DNA from: Opitutus sp. | GTDB lineage: Bacteria > Verrucomicrobiota > Verrucomicrobiia > Opitutales > Opitutaceae | Assembly (NCBI GenBank): GCA_013822585.1 | Contig: PNKG01000001.1 | Span: 1,084-65,083, forward strand | Length of the DNA stretch: 64,000 nt | Reading direction: 5' to 3' | In this document: positions 37,560 through 46,184 of the stretch, piece by piece | How positions within the stretch are numbered: position 1 is the first letter of the stretch | Layout: each line of letters opens with the position of its first letter | Notes under the pieces: generated by a model | The model's database searches: none | What the model saw: only the letters and a program-made list of their open reading frames with translations | Told to the model about the DNA's origin: nothing | Program-made: the position numbers and the translations under genes

Positions 37560-37859
37560 ATGACGCTCCCCTCCCTCACTGGTGCGCAGAAGACCGGACT
37601 CCGCGGACTCGGCCAGACGATGCCCGATCATGTGTGGCTCGGACGCGACGGCGTGACGCGCGAATTCCTCGCCGAGCTGAACCGGCAGCTTGACGCGCGC
37701 GAGCTGGTGAAGCTGCGCTTCACCGGCGGGCAGGACCGGCATGGGCGCGCGGCGTTGTGCGAGCAGGTGGAGCGTGCGGCCGCGTGCCTCTGCGTCGGCG
37801 CGGTCGGCCACACCGCGCTATTTTGGCGCCCGGGCGCGGAGGGTTCGAAGCTCGTCTGA
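37560..37859 (+). CDS. yhbY: YhbY/CRM-domain RNA-binding protein
   Basis: LT..QK..LR..G.....V.LG..G......EL...L..RELVK...VGH....WR. Confidence 0.85.
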   Translation: MTLPSLTGAQKTGLRGLGQTMPDHVWLGRDGVTREFLAELNRQLDARELVKLRFTGGQDRHGRAALCEQVERAAACLCVGAVGHTALFWRPGAEGSKLV

Positions 37860-37893
37860 GGGTCGGCGCCGATAGCCCCGCCGGCCGGTCAGT

Positions 37894-38688
37894 TCATTTG
37901 TCCTCTTCGACGAGGAATTTCACCGGCACGCGCACGCGCGTGTTGACGCGCTTGCCGGCCTTCATGCCGGGGCGGAACTTCCATTTCGCCACGCCGGCGA
38001 GGGCGTTCTCGTTGAAGCCGGCGTGCGTGGTGCTCAGGACGAAAGGCGCCACGACATCGCCGTTGGAATCGACGATGCATTCCACCATGACGCGCGCCTC
38101 GCCGACCTCCTTCTTGAACTGGTGGGGAAAAACCGGGGCCGGCTGCATGATGGGCGACGGGGCGCGGTCGAGCTGGGAGATCTCGAAGATCGTGCCCATG
38201 TTCTGCAGATTGCGCGAACGGCCGATGTTGACCGGGATCTGCGTCGTCCGCGCCGCGGCGAGGCTGGCGGAGACGTCGGGCGTGTATTGCAGGGGCTGCA
38301 CAAAAGTCGCCACGGCCACGCTCGAAGGCAGGTCGGCCAGCTGCGGCACGGCGACGGCGGGCGCCTCGTCGGCGGCCTCGGTCAACTCCTCGACCTGGTC
38401 GGACTTCTCCTCCTCCAATTCGGGCATCGTCATCTGGATGATCTCGACCTCCTGCGTGTCCGCGACGTGCTTGGGGGCGGGCTTGCGGTTGAAGCCGAAC
38501 AGGAAGATCCCGTGCAGAGCCAGCGAGACGAACACGGCCACCACCATCGGGATGCGCGTCCAACCGATGCCGTAATACCGCCACTTGCCCGGGGGACCCT
38601 CGATCATTTCAGCCTGGGCGATGCCGCGGGGCCTGCCGGTCGGCAGCGTTTCTGTGCGGGGAGCTGCGTGGTGGTCGATAGCGATCAT
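37894..38688 (-). CDS. TonB-family energy transducer (paralog of 36486-37271)
   Basis: SLALH TM segment, acidic linker, C-terminal KWKFRPGMKAGKRV. Confidence 0.87.
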   Translation of the reverse strand: MIAIDHHAAPRTETLPTGRPRGIAQAEMIEGPPGKWRYYGIGWTRIPMVVAVFVSLALHGIFLFGFNRKPAPKHVADTQEVEIIQMTMPELEEEKSDQVEELTEAADEAPAVAVPQLADLPSSVAVATFVQPLQYTPDVSASLAAARTTQIPVNIGRSRNLQNMGTIFEISQLDRAPSPIMQPAPVFPHQFKKEVGEARVMVECIVDSNGDVVAPFVLSTTHAGFNENALAGVAKWKFRPGMKAGKRVNTRVRVPVKFLVEEDK

Positions 38689-38815
38689 GGCAGCGCTAAG
38701 ATACCGCCACTTGCCCCCTGGTCCGCCGCATGCCTTGCACAAGGGAGCGCATGGCTTGACCGCGCTTGACAATGCGGCATTGCCCCGTCGCCTGCGCCCC
38801 TGCCACCCTAGCCCC

Positions 38816-39895
38816 ATGACGCTCGCCGACTTCGGCTGGACCGACGCCCTCGCCGCCGCCTTCGCGCCGCACGCCGCGGCCGGACTGCAACCTGCGCGCG
38901 TCACGCTCCAGTTGAAGGGTTTTTGGGAGGTCACCACACCGGGCGCCGCCCGCCTCGCCCAATGCACGGGCAAGTTCCTCGCCGAGACCGGCGCCCTCTC
39001 GGACATGCCCGCCGTCGGCGACTGGGTCGCGATCGAGCCGCTGCCAGGCGACGACACGCGCGCGCTCATCCACGCCGTGCTGCCGCGACGCACGAAATTC
39101 TCCCGCAAGGCCGCCGGCGAACGCGAGGTCGAGCAGGTCGTGGCCGCGAACATCGACACCGTCTTCCTCGTCAGCTCGCTCGACGCCAACTTCAACCTCC
39201 GCCGCATCGAGCGCTACCTCGCCGCCGCCCGAGCGAGCGGCGCGCAGCCGGTGATCGTCCTCAACAAATCCGACCTCACCCGCGAGGCCGCCGGCCGCCG
39301 CGCCGAGGTCGAGGCCATCGCCCGCGGCACGCCCGTCGTGGTCACCAGCGCCCTCAAGCGCGGCGGCGCCGGGCCGCTGCGCCCGTGGCTGCGGCCGCGC
39401 ACCACCGTCGCCTTCCTCGGCTCCTCCGGCGTCGGCAAATCCACCCTCATCAACGAACTCGTCGGCGACGAACTGCTCGCCACGCAGGAAGTCCGTTCCG
39501 TCGACGGCAAGGGCCGCCACACCACCGCGCTGCGCGAACTCGTCGTCTCGCCCGATGGCGTGCTCATCATCGACACGCCCGGCATGCGCGAACTCCAGCC
39601 CTGGCAGGCCGACGAGGCGGTCGACGACGTCTTCGCCGACCTCCGCGAACTGACGCTGCGCTGCAAGTTCACCGACTGTTCGCACACCACCGAGCCCGGC
39701 TGCGCCGTGAGCGCCGCCCTCGCCGACCGGTCGCTCGACCTCGCGCGCTGGCAGAGCTACCAGCGCCTGCAGCGCGAAACCGCCTTCGAGATCCGCCGCG
39801 CCGACCGCCGCGCCTCCCAGAAGCACAAGACCGAGTGGAAGAAAGTCACCAAGCAGCTCCGCCAGCGCGTGCGCGAAAAACGCGGCGAGGACTGA
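38816..39895 (+). CDS. rsgA: Ribosome small-subunit GTPase
   Basis: AVGDWV, AANID, NKSD, GSSGVGKST, GRHTT, DTPGMRE, CKFTDCSH..EPGC. Confidence 0.95.
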   Translation: MTLADFGWTDALAAAFAPHAAAGLQPARVTLQLKGFWEVTTPGAARLAQCTGKFLAETGALSDMPAVGDWVAIEPLPGDDTRALIHAVLPRRTKFSRKAAGEREVEQVVAANIDTVFLVSSLDANFNLRRIERYLAAARASGAQPVIVLNKSDLTREAAGRRAEVEAIARGTPVVVTSALKRGGAGPLRPWLRPRTTVAFLGSSGVGKSTLINELVGDELLATQEVRSVDGKGRHTTALRELVVSPDGVLIIDTPGMRELQPWQADEAVDDVFADLRELTLRCKFTDCSHTTEPGCAVSAALADRSLDLARWQSYQRLQRETAFEIRRADRRASQKHKTEWKKVTKQLRQRVREKRGED

Positions 39896-39972
39896 GCGGG
39901 CTGGGTGGTCCGCGACCTCCGGGCGCAGACTTCAGGAGCCATGATCCCGTATTTGAAGAGGACTGCTCCGGA

Positions 39973-40115
39973 TGCGGGAGCGGCTTTGCGCCGCGCCTTG
40001 CCCGTGCGCGGAAGAGGCGGCCGATGTCGGGGCGAGAAGCCCCGCCCACGCTTTGGACAATCGCGGAATCCGGGATGATCGCTGTCGCCGCCGGGACGTC
40101 GGCGACCACCTCCGG
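39973..40115. repeat. Composite intergenic REP cluster
   Basis: Degenerate GGGAG.GGCTT..GCC.CG / GTCGGGGCGAGAAGCCCCGCCCAC pair, then AATCGCGGAATCCGGG and GTCGCCGCCGGGACG.CGGCG.CCACCTCC; the last two blocks are shared with 45795-45971. Confidence 0.65.
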
Positions 40116-40394
40116 CGTCCGCGAAAAGCACAGCGGGGACTGGCCGCGCCGCGGATGGATCCGCGCCCGCAACGGCATTCGCCGCGCAGCGGCAGCCGCC
40201 CCCTCCGCCATGCGGCCTGGCCCCATCGTTGCCTGATCGCCCCAAACCGGATGGGGCTAATAAGCAACATTCGCCCCGGGCGGCCGGCGGTCGTCCGCGA
40301 GCGTCGGCGGGCAGCCGGCGGGGCAACAAGCGCCGGGGCCGCGCAACGCCCGCGCGATTGACGGCGCGCGGCGGTCGTGGAAAATGCGGGCACC

Positions 40395-41393
40395 ATGTTC
40401 ACCATCATCGGCGCTGACGGGAAGGAATACGGGCCGGTCTCGGCCGACAAGATTCGCGAGTGGATCGCCGCGGGGCGCGCCAATTCGCAGACGCAAGGCA
40501 AGCGCGAGGGCGACTCCGCGTGGAGCACGCTCGGCTCGCTGGGGGAATTCAGCGCCAGCTTCGGCGCGACACCGCCGCCTGTGGGCGGCGGCACACCCCT
40601 CGCGGCTGCCCCGACGGGCGGCGGGTGGCAGCCGCGCGACATCGACCCGAAGGCCTACGCCGCCGCCATCCGCGCGAGCGGCGCGCGGGTCGACGTGTTC
40701 GAGTGCCTCAGCCGGTCGTTCCAGCTCTGGACCTCCAACTTCCTGCCGCTGGTCGGCGCGACGATCCTCGTCATCCTCGTGCAATTTGCCATCGGCATCG
40801 TGCCCATCCTCGGCTCGCTCGCGGGTCTGCTGCTCAACGGCGTGTTCTACGGCGGCCTCTATTATTACTATCTCGGCAAGATGCGCGGCGAGCCCCGCGA
40901 GATCGGCGATGCGTTCGCCGGCTTCAAGCGCGGCCTCGGGCCGCTCATCCTCTGCTCGCTGATCCAGAGCGCCATCATGATCGCCGTGCTGCTGGTCTTC
41001 ATGGCGCCTTGGCTCGGCTTCATCGTCTCCTCCGTCCTGCTGCACGGCGACAAGGTCATGCCGGCCATGGCTCCGGGCCTCATCGCCCTGACCTCCATCG
41101 GAGTGCTTCTGATGCTCTATATCGGCGTGTCCATCTGCTTCAGCTTCGTGCTGGTGATCGACAAGGGCTTGGGCCCGTGGGACGCCATCGTGACCAGCTG
41201 GCGCGTGGTGGCGGCCAACTGGTTCTCCGTCTTCTTCACCCTGCTGCTGGGGGTGCTGCTCGGCGCGCTCGGCCTCATCGCGCTCTTCGTCGGCATCCTG
41301 CTGACGATCCCGCTGACGATCGGCGCCGTGCTCTACGCCTACGAATCGCTCTTCGCCGCGCCGGGGCCCGCCGCCCCGGCGCCGGCCGCCTGA
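40395..41393 (+). CDS. GYF_2 (DUF4339) domain membrane protein
   Basis: MFTIIGADGKEYGPVS...REWI..GR..; multi-TM C-terminal half. Confidence 0.85.
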   Translation: MFTIIGADGKEYGPVSADKIREWIAAGRANSQTQGKREGDSAWSTLGSLGEFSASFGATPPPVGGGTPLAAAPTGGGWQPRDIDPKAYAAAIRASGARVDVFECLSRSFQLWTSNFLPLVGATILVILVQFAIGIVPILGSLAGLLLNGVFYGGLYYYYLGKMRGEPREIGDAFAGFKRGLGPLILCSLIQSAIMIAVLLVFMAPWLGFIVSSVLLHGDKVMPAMAPGLIALTSIGVLLMLYIGVSICFSFVLVIDKGLGPWDAIVTSWRVVAANWFSVFFTLLLGVLLGALGLIALFVGILLTIPLTIGAVLYAYESLFAAPGPAAPAPAA

Positions 41394-41852
41394 TCAGGCC
41401 TTTTCCGCGCGACGCGCCCGGAAGTGGTCGAGCGACCACTTCCCCGGGCCGAACGCGAGCACGAGCAGGCTGGCGACGAGGAAAAGGAACGGCGCGGCGC
41501 CGGTGAACTTGTCGGTGTCGCTGAAGACGGCCTGCAGCGCCTCGCGGTCGGCGGTCACGTAGGCCACCGCCATCGTGGATGCCAGCGGTGCGGCCGCCGG
41601 CCGGGCGAAGAGCCCGAGCGCCAGCAGCCCACCGCCGAAGCATTCGGTCGCGCCGGCCAGGAGGGCGTTGAGCGTGGGCGCGGGCAGGCCGAGCTCGGCG
41701 AAGAAATTGGCCGTGCGGTCGAGGTGCATGAGCTTGCCCCAACCGGTCTGCGCGAACGACCAGCCCCAATGGAGGCGGATGACGAGAAGCAGCGGCGATT
41801 GCAGGCCGGCCGCGGCGCGGTCGAATTTCCCGAGAAGGGTGTGAAAGCTCAT
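41394..41852 (-). CDS. DoxX-family membrane protein
   Basis: LLLVIRL..G..F...GWGK, E..GG.LL.LGLF.R.AA, GPGK.SLD. Confidence 0.9.
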   Translation of the reverse strand: MSFHTLLGKFDRAAAGLQSPLLLVIRLHWGWSFAQTGWGKLMHLDRTANFFAELGLPAPTLNALLAGATECFGGGLLALGLFARPAAAPLASTMAVAYVTADREALQAVFSDTDKFTGAAPFLFLVASLLVLAFGPGKWSLDHFRARRAEKA

Positions 41853-41858
41853 GGCGGA

Positions 41859-41886
41859 TGAGAGGCCGGCGGTGCCGGGATATTCC
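41859..41886 (-). promoter_or_regulatory. Putative ECF-sigma promoter for doxX
   Basis: GGAATA-N16-CTCTCA, 6 nt before the ATG; same motif and spacing as at 44330-44357. Confidence 0.6.
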
Positions 41887-41896
41887 CGGTCAGATT

Positions 41897-42916
41897 TCAG
41901 CGCCGGCAGAACCAGCCGAGCTCCATCCAGGAGCGGAACCAGCCCTGCACCGGCGCGGCCCAGTCCTCGCGCGGCTTCCTCGCCCGCGGGATGCCGGCGG
42001 CCAGCGCGCGTTCGAGCGTGCGCCCGGCGCGGAGGGCGGCGAGGACTTGGAACGCCGCGGGGTCGAGGCGCTTGAAATAGATTTTCCCGTCATGGCGGTG
42101 CACGGCGATCCAGCACGGCGCGCGGCGCGGGCGCGGGACCTTGCTGTCGCGGTGGCGGCGGAGCACGGTCGGGGCGTTCGAGGCGTCGCCGCGGAGCAGC
42201 GCCTCGCGCTTGCGGATGGCGATGAGGTAATCGTCGACCGGATAGCGCAGGTCGAGCAGCTGCAGGTAGGGCTGGAGCGCGAGCCGGAGCTTGGCGGGGT
42301 CGGCACCGAGCAAGTCGTCGACGGTGAAGACGGGGCGCGCCGCGCCATCGTAAACCTCGACCTGCGCCCACTCGAAGCGGGCAATGTCTTCGCACAGCGC
42401 CGTGTGCGGCGCGGTCCAGCGCGGCTCCTCGCGGATGAAGCGCGCGAGGCGCTGCGGCAGGTCGCGGAGCGTCCAGTATTCCGAGGGGTATTTTTCGAGG
42501 AACGCCTCGGCGAGCCGCAGGAAGCGCCGCTCCCCGAGCGCGGCGCGGAGGCCGGGACAGTCCTCGTGCAGGCTGTCGAGGACGCGGAACCAATACATGC
42601 GGTTGTAGATTTCGAGGCGCTCGAGGGCGGTGAGGCGGTCGTTGGCCTTGGCGACGCGCGCGGCGGCGGCGCGGGCCGGCGTGCCGTCGCTCAGGGTGCG
42701 CGCCGTGCGGTGGGCGCGCGTGAGCGGGTTCATCGTGATGGCCAGCGTGGCGCGCTGGAGCGCGCGGAGCTCGGCGCGCGAGCGGACGGAGAGCGGGCGG
42801 ACGGACCGGGGGCGGGGAAAAGCCGCCCCGCGGGTTGGAGACAAGATGGCATTCGCCTCTCCGGGTGGAGACACCCGGCCCACAGGGGCGGTGCGAACTT
42901 TGGTCGGGGCGGACAT
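41897..42916 (-). CDS. DUF2063 (HvfC/BufC-like) MNIO partner protein
   Basis: ERLEIYNRMYWFR..L.ED.P.L...LG...F..L...F...YPS...L; D.ARFEWA; follows the DUF692 gene. Confidence 0.85.
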   Translation of the reverse strand: MSAPTKVRTAPVGRVSPPGEANAILSPTRGAAFPRPRSVRPLSVRSRAELRALQRATLAITMNPLTRAHRTARTLSDGTPARAAAARVAKANDRLTALERLEIYNRMYWFRVLDSLHEDCPGLRAALGERRFLRLAEAFLEKYPSEYWTLRDLPQRLARFIREEPRWTAPHTALCEDIARFEWAQVEVYDGAARPVFTVDDLLGADPAKLRLALQPYLQLLDLRYPVDDYLIAIRKREALLRGDASNAPTVLRRHRDSKVPRPRRAPCWIAVHRHDGKIYFKRLDPAAFQVLAALRAGRTLERALAAGIPRARKPREDWAAPVQGWFRSWMELGWFCRR

Positions 42917-42935
42917 GGGGTTTGTGATTTATATA

Positions 42936-43844
42936 CTACAACTCCGCCCTGCGTCGGCGGACGTTGCGCGGGGCGGTGTTGCGCGCAGGGGCGGCAAACC
43001 CAAGCGCGGTGCGAGCCTCGGCGATGTAGACGTTGGCCTTGAGGGCCTCGTCGTGGACTTCCTCGAAGGACGGAATCTTGTCGTCCCATTCGAGCAGGGT
43101 GGCGGTGACGCCGCAGAGCTTCGTGGCGTGCGCGTAGAGTTTCCAGACGGGGTCGAGCACGGGGTGGTCGTGCGTATCGAGGAGGTATTTCTCGAACTTC
43201 GTGTGCCCGGCCACATGCATCTGGGCGACGCGGTGGTGCGGGATGTTGTCGAGGTAGTCGTAGGGGTCGAAGCCGTGGTTCTTCGAGGAGACGTGGATGT
43301 TGTTCACGTCGAGGAGCACGCCGCAATCGGCGCGTTCGACGACCTCGGAGAGGAACTCCCATTCGGTCATCTCGGAGGCGTGGAACTCGGTGTAGGAGCT
43401 GACGTTCTCGACGGCGAAGGGCAGTTCGAGGAAATCGGAGGCGCGGCGGATGTTGGCGGCGATGTGCCTGGCCGCGGCTTTGGTGTAGGGCATCGGCAGC
43501 AGGTCGTGCGACACGGTGCCGTCGACGCTGCCCCAGCAGAGATGGTCGCTGATCCACGGCGTCCTGGTGCGCCGGGTGAGCGCCTTGAGTTTCCTCAGGT
43601 GCGCCTTGTTCGGGAAGTCCGTCGAGCCGAGATAGAGCGAGACGCCGTGCTGGACGACCTTGTATTGGGCGAGGATGCGATCGAGCACCTCGAGCGGGCG
43701 GCCGCCGTCGACCATGAAGGTTTCCGAGATGATCTCGAACCAGTCGACCGTCGGCTTCCGCGACAGGATATGGTCGTAATGCGGCACGCGCAGGCCGATG
43801 CCGATGCCGTAGTCGGTATAGCCGTTGAATCGGTTGGCGGGCAT
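42936..43844 (-). CDS. DUF692 multinuclear non-heme iron oxidase (MNIO)
   Basis: GIGLR.PHY, W.EI.SE, HGVSL.LG, WISDHLCW, DLLP.PY, ENVSSY, LLDVNN, HVAGH, DTH, LLEWD..IP. Confidence 0.95.
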   Translation of the reverse strand: MPANRFNGYTDYGIGIGLRVPHYDHILSRKPTVDWFEIISETFMVDGGRPLEVLDRILAQYKVVQHGVSLYLGSTDFPNKAHLRKLKALTRRTRTPWISDHLCWGSVDGTVSHDLLPMPYTKAAARHIAANIRRASDFLELPFAVENVSSYTEFHASEMTEWEFLSEVVERADCGVLLDVNNIHVSSKNHGFDPYDYLDNIPHHRVAQMHVAGHTKFEKYLLDTHDHPVLDPVWKLYAHATKLCGVTATLLEWDDKIPSFEEVHDEALKANVYIAEARTALGFAAPARNTAPRNVRRRRAEL

Positions 43845-43900
43845 GGGCGGAGCGGGCGGAGCTTGCGCCGGACGCCGCGCGAAGCAAACCTACGCGGCGT

Positions 43901-43936
43901 AAAAAGGAGACCGGCGCATGCGGCGGCCGGTCTCCG
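43901..43936 (-). terminator. Terminator/attenuator between the precursor and MNIO genes
   Basis: Minus strand GGAGACCGG..CCGGTCTCC followed by T5. Confidence 0.7.
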
Positions 43937-43986
43937 TGGACACACACTGAAATGGCCGGCGGAAATCCACCCCTCGGCGGCGAGTC

Positions 43987-44253
43987 TCAGCTCTTGGGCT
44001 TCTCTTCCTTTTTCTCGTCCTTCTTGTCGTGGCCCTTGCAGCCATCCTTGCCTTTGCAGCTGTCTTTTCCTTTGCAGCCGTCCTTGCCCTTGCAACCGTC
44101 CTTGCCCTTGCAGCTGTCTTTGCCCTTTTCGTCGCCCATGACGGCAGCGGCGCCGGGGCTGGTGTTGGCGGCGGAAGCCTTGAGCGTGAGGGCTCCGGCG
44201 TAGAGGCCGGCGAGGGCGGCGGCCGTGATGATCGTGCGGGTGGATTTGTTCAT
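43987..44253 (-). CDS. Exported Cys-repeat MNIO RiPP precursor (bufferin/oxazolin-like)
   Basis: MNKSTRTIITAAALAGLYAGALTLKASA signal peptide, then KGKDSC-KGKDGC-KGKDGC-KGKDSC-KGKDGC-KGH and a Lys/Glu tail; directly upstream of DUF692. Confidence 0.88.
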   Translation of the reverse strand: MNKSTRTIITAAALAGLYAGALTLKASAANTSPGAAAVMGDEKGKDSCKGKDGCKGKDGCKGKDSCKGKDGCKGHDKKDEKKEEKPKS

Positions 44254-44329
44254 GAGGATTATTGTTTTGGGTTTCGTCCTTCCGGAGGCAATGAGCCGCC
44301 GGGCGTGGAGAAAAGCGGGATATGGCCGG

Positions 44330-44357
44330 TGAGAGGCCGGGGCGTGGGGTTTATTCC
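44330..44357 (-). promoter_or_regulatory. Putative ECF-sigma promoter for the RiPP precursor
   Basis: GGAATA-N16-CTCTCA, matching the doxX upstream motif. Confidence 0.6.
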
Positions 44358-44470
44358 GGGGAAAATGCAGACGGGCCGCCCCGGGTCGAGCGGGTTGTGC
44401 AGAATCAGCCGTTCCGCACGGTGAATTGGCCATTGCGCGCGCCGAACGCGCACGGCTAGCCTCCGCGCCC

Positions 44471-45760
44471 ATGTTGTCCCTCCCGCGCCTGCCCCTCTTC
44501 GCGGCGGTCGTGCTGTGCGCCGGCACGCCCCTCACCGCCAGGACCCTCCTCCACGCCGGCCGGCTGATCGACGGCCGCGGCGACACCGCCCGCGCCCATG
44601 TCACCGTCATTGTCGACGGCGACCGCATCACCGGCATCGCCGACGGTTTCACGGCGCCGGCCGCCGGCGACACCGTGGTCGACCTCCAATCCGCCACGCT
44701 CATGCCCGGATGGATGGACATGCACGTGCACATCACGAGCGAGCAGTCGCCCACGGCCTACACCGAGGGATTCTTCATGAATCCCGCCGACGGGGCGCTG
44801 CGCTCGACCACTTACGCGAAGAAGACCCTGCTGGCCGGCTTCACCACCGTGCGCGATTGCGGCGCCGACGACAAACTGAACACCGCCCTGCGCGATGCCG
44901 TCGCCAAGGGCTGGGTCGACGGCCCGCGCATCGTGGCGGCGGGCGGGGTCTCCACCACGGGCGCGCACGGCGATCCCACCAACGGGTTCAGCACCGCCCT
45001 CCAGGCCGCCCTGGCCGACAAGAACATGGGCATCGCCAACGGCCCCGACGAATTCCGCCGCGCCGTGCGCCAGCGCTACAAGGACGGCGCCGACTTCATC
45101 AAGATCACCGCCACCGGCGGCGTGCTCTCGCTGGCCAAGAGCGGCCAGGCCCCGCTCTTCACCGACGAGGAACTCGCCGCCGTCGTGCAGACCGCGAAGG
45201 ATTACGGCATGAAGGTCGCCGCCCACGCCCACGGCACCGAGGGCATGATGCGCGCCGTGAAGGCCGGCGTCGCCTCCATCGAGCACGGCACCTACCTGAC
45301 CGACGAGCTCATGGCCCTGATGAAGGAAAAGGGCGCCTACCTCGTGCCCACGCTCAGCGCCGGCCGGTTCGTGGCGGAGAAATCGAGGATCGACGGCTAC
45401 TTCCCCGCCATCGTCCGCCCGAAGGCCGCCGCCATCGGGCCGCTCATGTCCGAGACCTTCCGCCGCGCCTACAACGCCGGCGTGAAGATCGCCTTCGGCA
45501 CCGACCAGGGCGTCGCCCCGCACGGCGACAACGCCAGGGAATTCATCTACATGGTCGAGGCCGGCATGCCCGCGATGAAGGCCCTCCAGTCCGCCACGCT
45601 CGAGGCCGCACGCCTCATCGACATGGAGAAGGACCTCGGCACTGTCGAGACCGGCAAGCTCGCCGACCTCGTCGCCGTGCCCGGCGATCCGCTCGCCGAC
45701 ATCAACGTCGTGATGAAGGTGAACTTCGTCATGAAAGGCGGCAGGGTCTACAAGCAGTAG
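44471..45760 (+). CDS. Secreted amidohydrolase (Xaa-Pro dipeptidase-like)
   Basis: PG.MDMHVH, G.TTVRD, IKI.ATGG, AHAHG, SIEHG, FGTD, GK.AD. Confidence 0.92.
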   Translation: MLSLPRLPLFAAVVLCAGTPLTARTLLHAGRLIDGRGDTARAHVTVIVDGDRITGIADGFTAPAAGDTVVDLQSATLMPGWMDMHVHITSEQSPTAYTEGFFMNPADGALRSTTYAKKTLLAGFTTVRDCGADDKLNTALRDAVAKGWVDGPRIVAAGGVSTTGAHGDPTNGFSTALQAALADKNMGIANGPDEFRRAVRQRYKDGADFIKITATGGVLSLAKSGQAPLFTDEELAAVVQTAKDYGMKVAAHAHGTEGMMRAVKAGVASIEHGTYLTDELMALMKEKGAYLVPTLSAGRFVAEKSRIDGYFPAIVRPKAAAIGPLMSETFRRAYNAGVKIAFGTDQGVAPHGDNAREFIYMVEAGMPAMKALQSATLEAARLIDMEKDLGTVETGKLADLVAVPGDPLADINVVMKVNFVMKGGRVYKQ

Positions 45761-45794
45761 GGCGGCCCGTTCCGCCCTGATTTCTGCGCCGGCG

Positions 45795-45971
45795 CCTGTC
45801 GCCGCCGGGACGGCGGCGGCCACCTCCCGATCCGATGAAGTCCCCACGCCAGGTGCGGGCGGTATCAGCCCGGATTCCGCGATTGCCGGACCTGGAGGAG
45901 CGGTCTTGCGCCGCGATCCGATATCCGACCGCGGCGGACTTTTCTGTCGCGGCACAAAGCCGCTCCTCCAG
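45795..45971. repeat. Composite intergenic REP cluster
   Basis: CTGGAGGAGCGG.CTTG.GCCGCGA ... TCGCGGCACAAAGCCGCTCCTCCAG inverted pair, plus blocks shared with 40059-40115. Confidence 0.65.
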
Positions 45972-45985
45972 TCACGCGCCGCAGG

Positions 45986-46169
45986 TTGAATGCCGTCCCA
46001 TTCCCCGCGGCTTGCCGCGGGGTTTCCCAAGTGAGATGAGGACGCCGCCCGGCCAGTCCCGCGCCAGCGGGGCTGGGCCAGCCGCGCATAGTTCCGAGCG
46101 CCAGCGAGAATCCGCCCTCCCCCCGGAGCTTGCTCCGGGGAGGAGCGCGGGCGGAAGGGCGGCGTTCAA
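45986..46169 (-). mobile_element. ~180-bp dispersed structured repeat, copy 2
   Basis: Reverse complement aligns with 4255-4435; begins TTGAACGCCGCCC, ends TTCAA. Confidence 0.7.
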
Positions 46170-46184
46170 TCCCGGAATCCGGGA

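Noticed and set aside
44025-44130. 18-bp tandem repeats as a CRISPR array or VNTR
   Set aside because: No spacers; variation is largely synonymous and encodes the KGKD[SG]C peptide repeat.
44455-44473. General leaderless TAnnnT promoters in front of many ATGs
   Set aside because: A few suggestive cases (e.g. TAGCCT before 44471) and few Shine-Dalgarno sites, but spacing is inconsistent and cannot be supported without TSS data.
45972-46169. Small ORFs beginning MNAALPPALLP (also 4255-4452 and within 60565-62061)
   Set aside because: Translations of the 180-bp repeat. Frames and ends differ between copies, so conservation appears to be at nucleotide/structure level.
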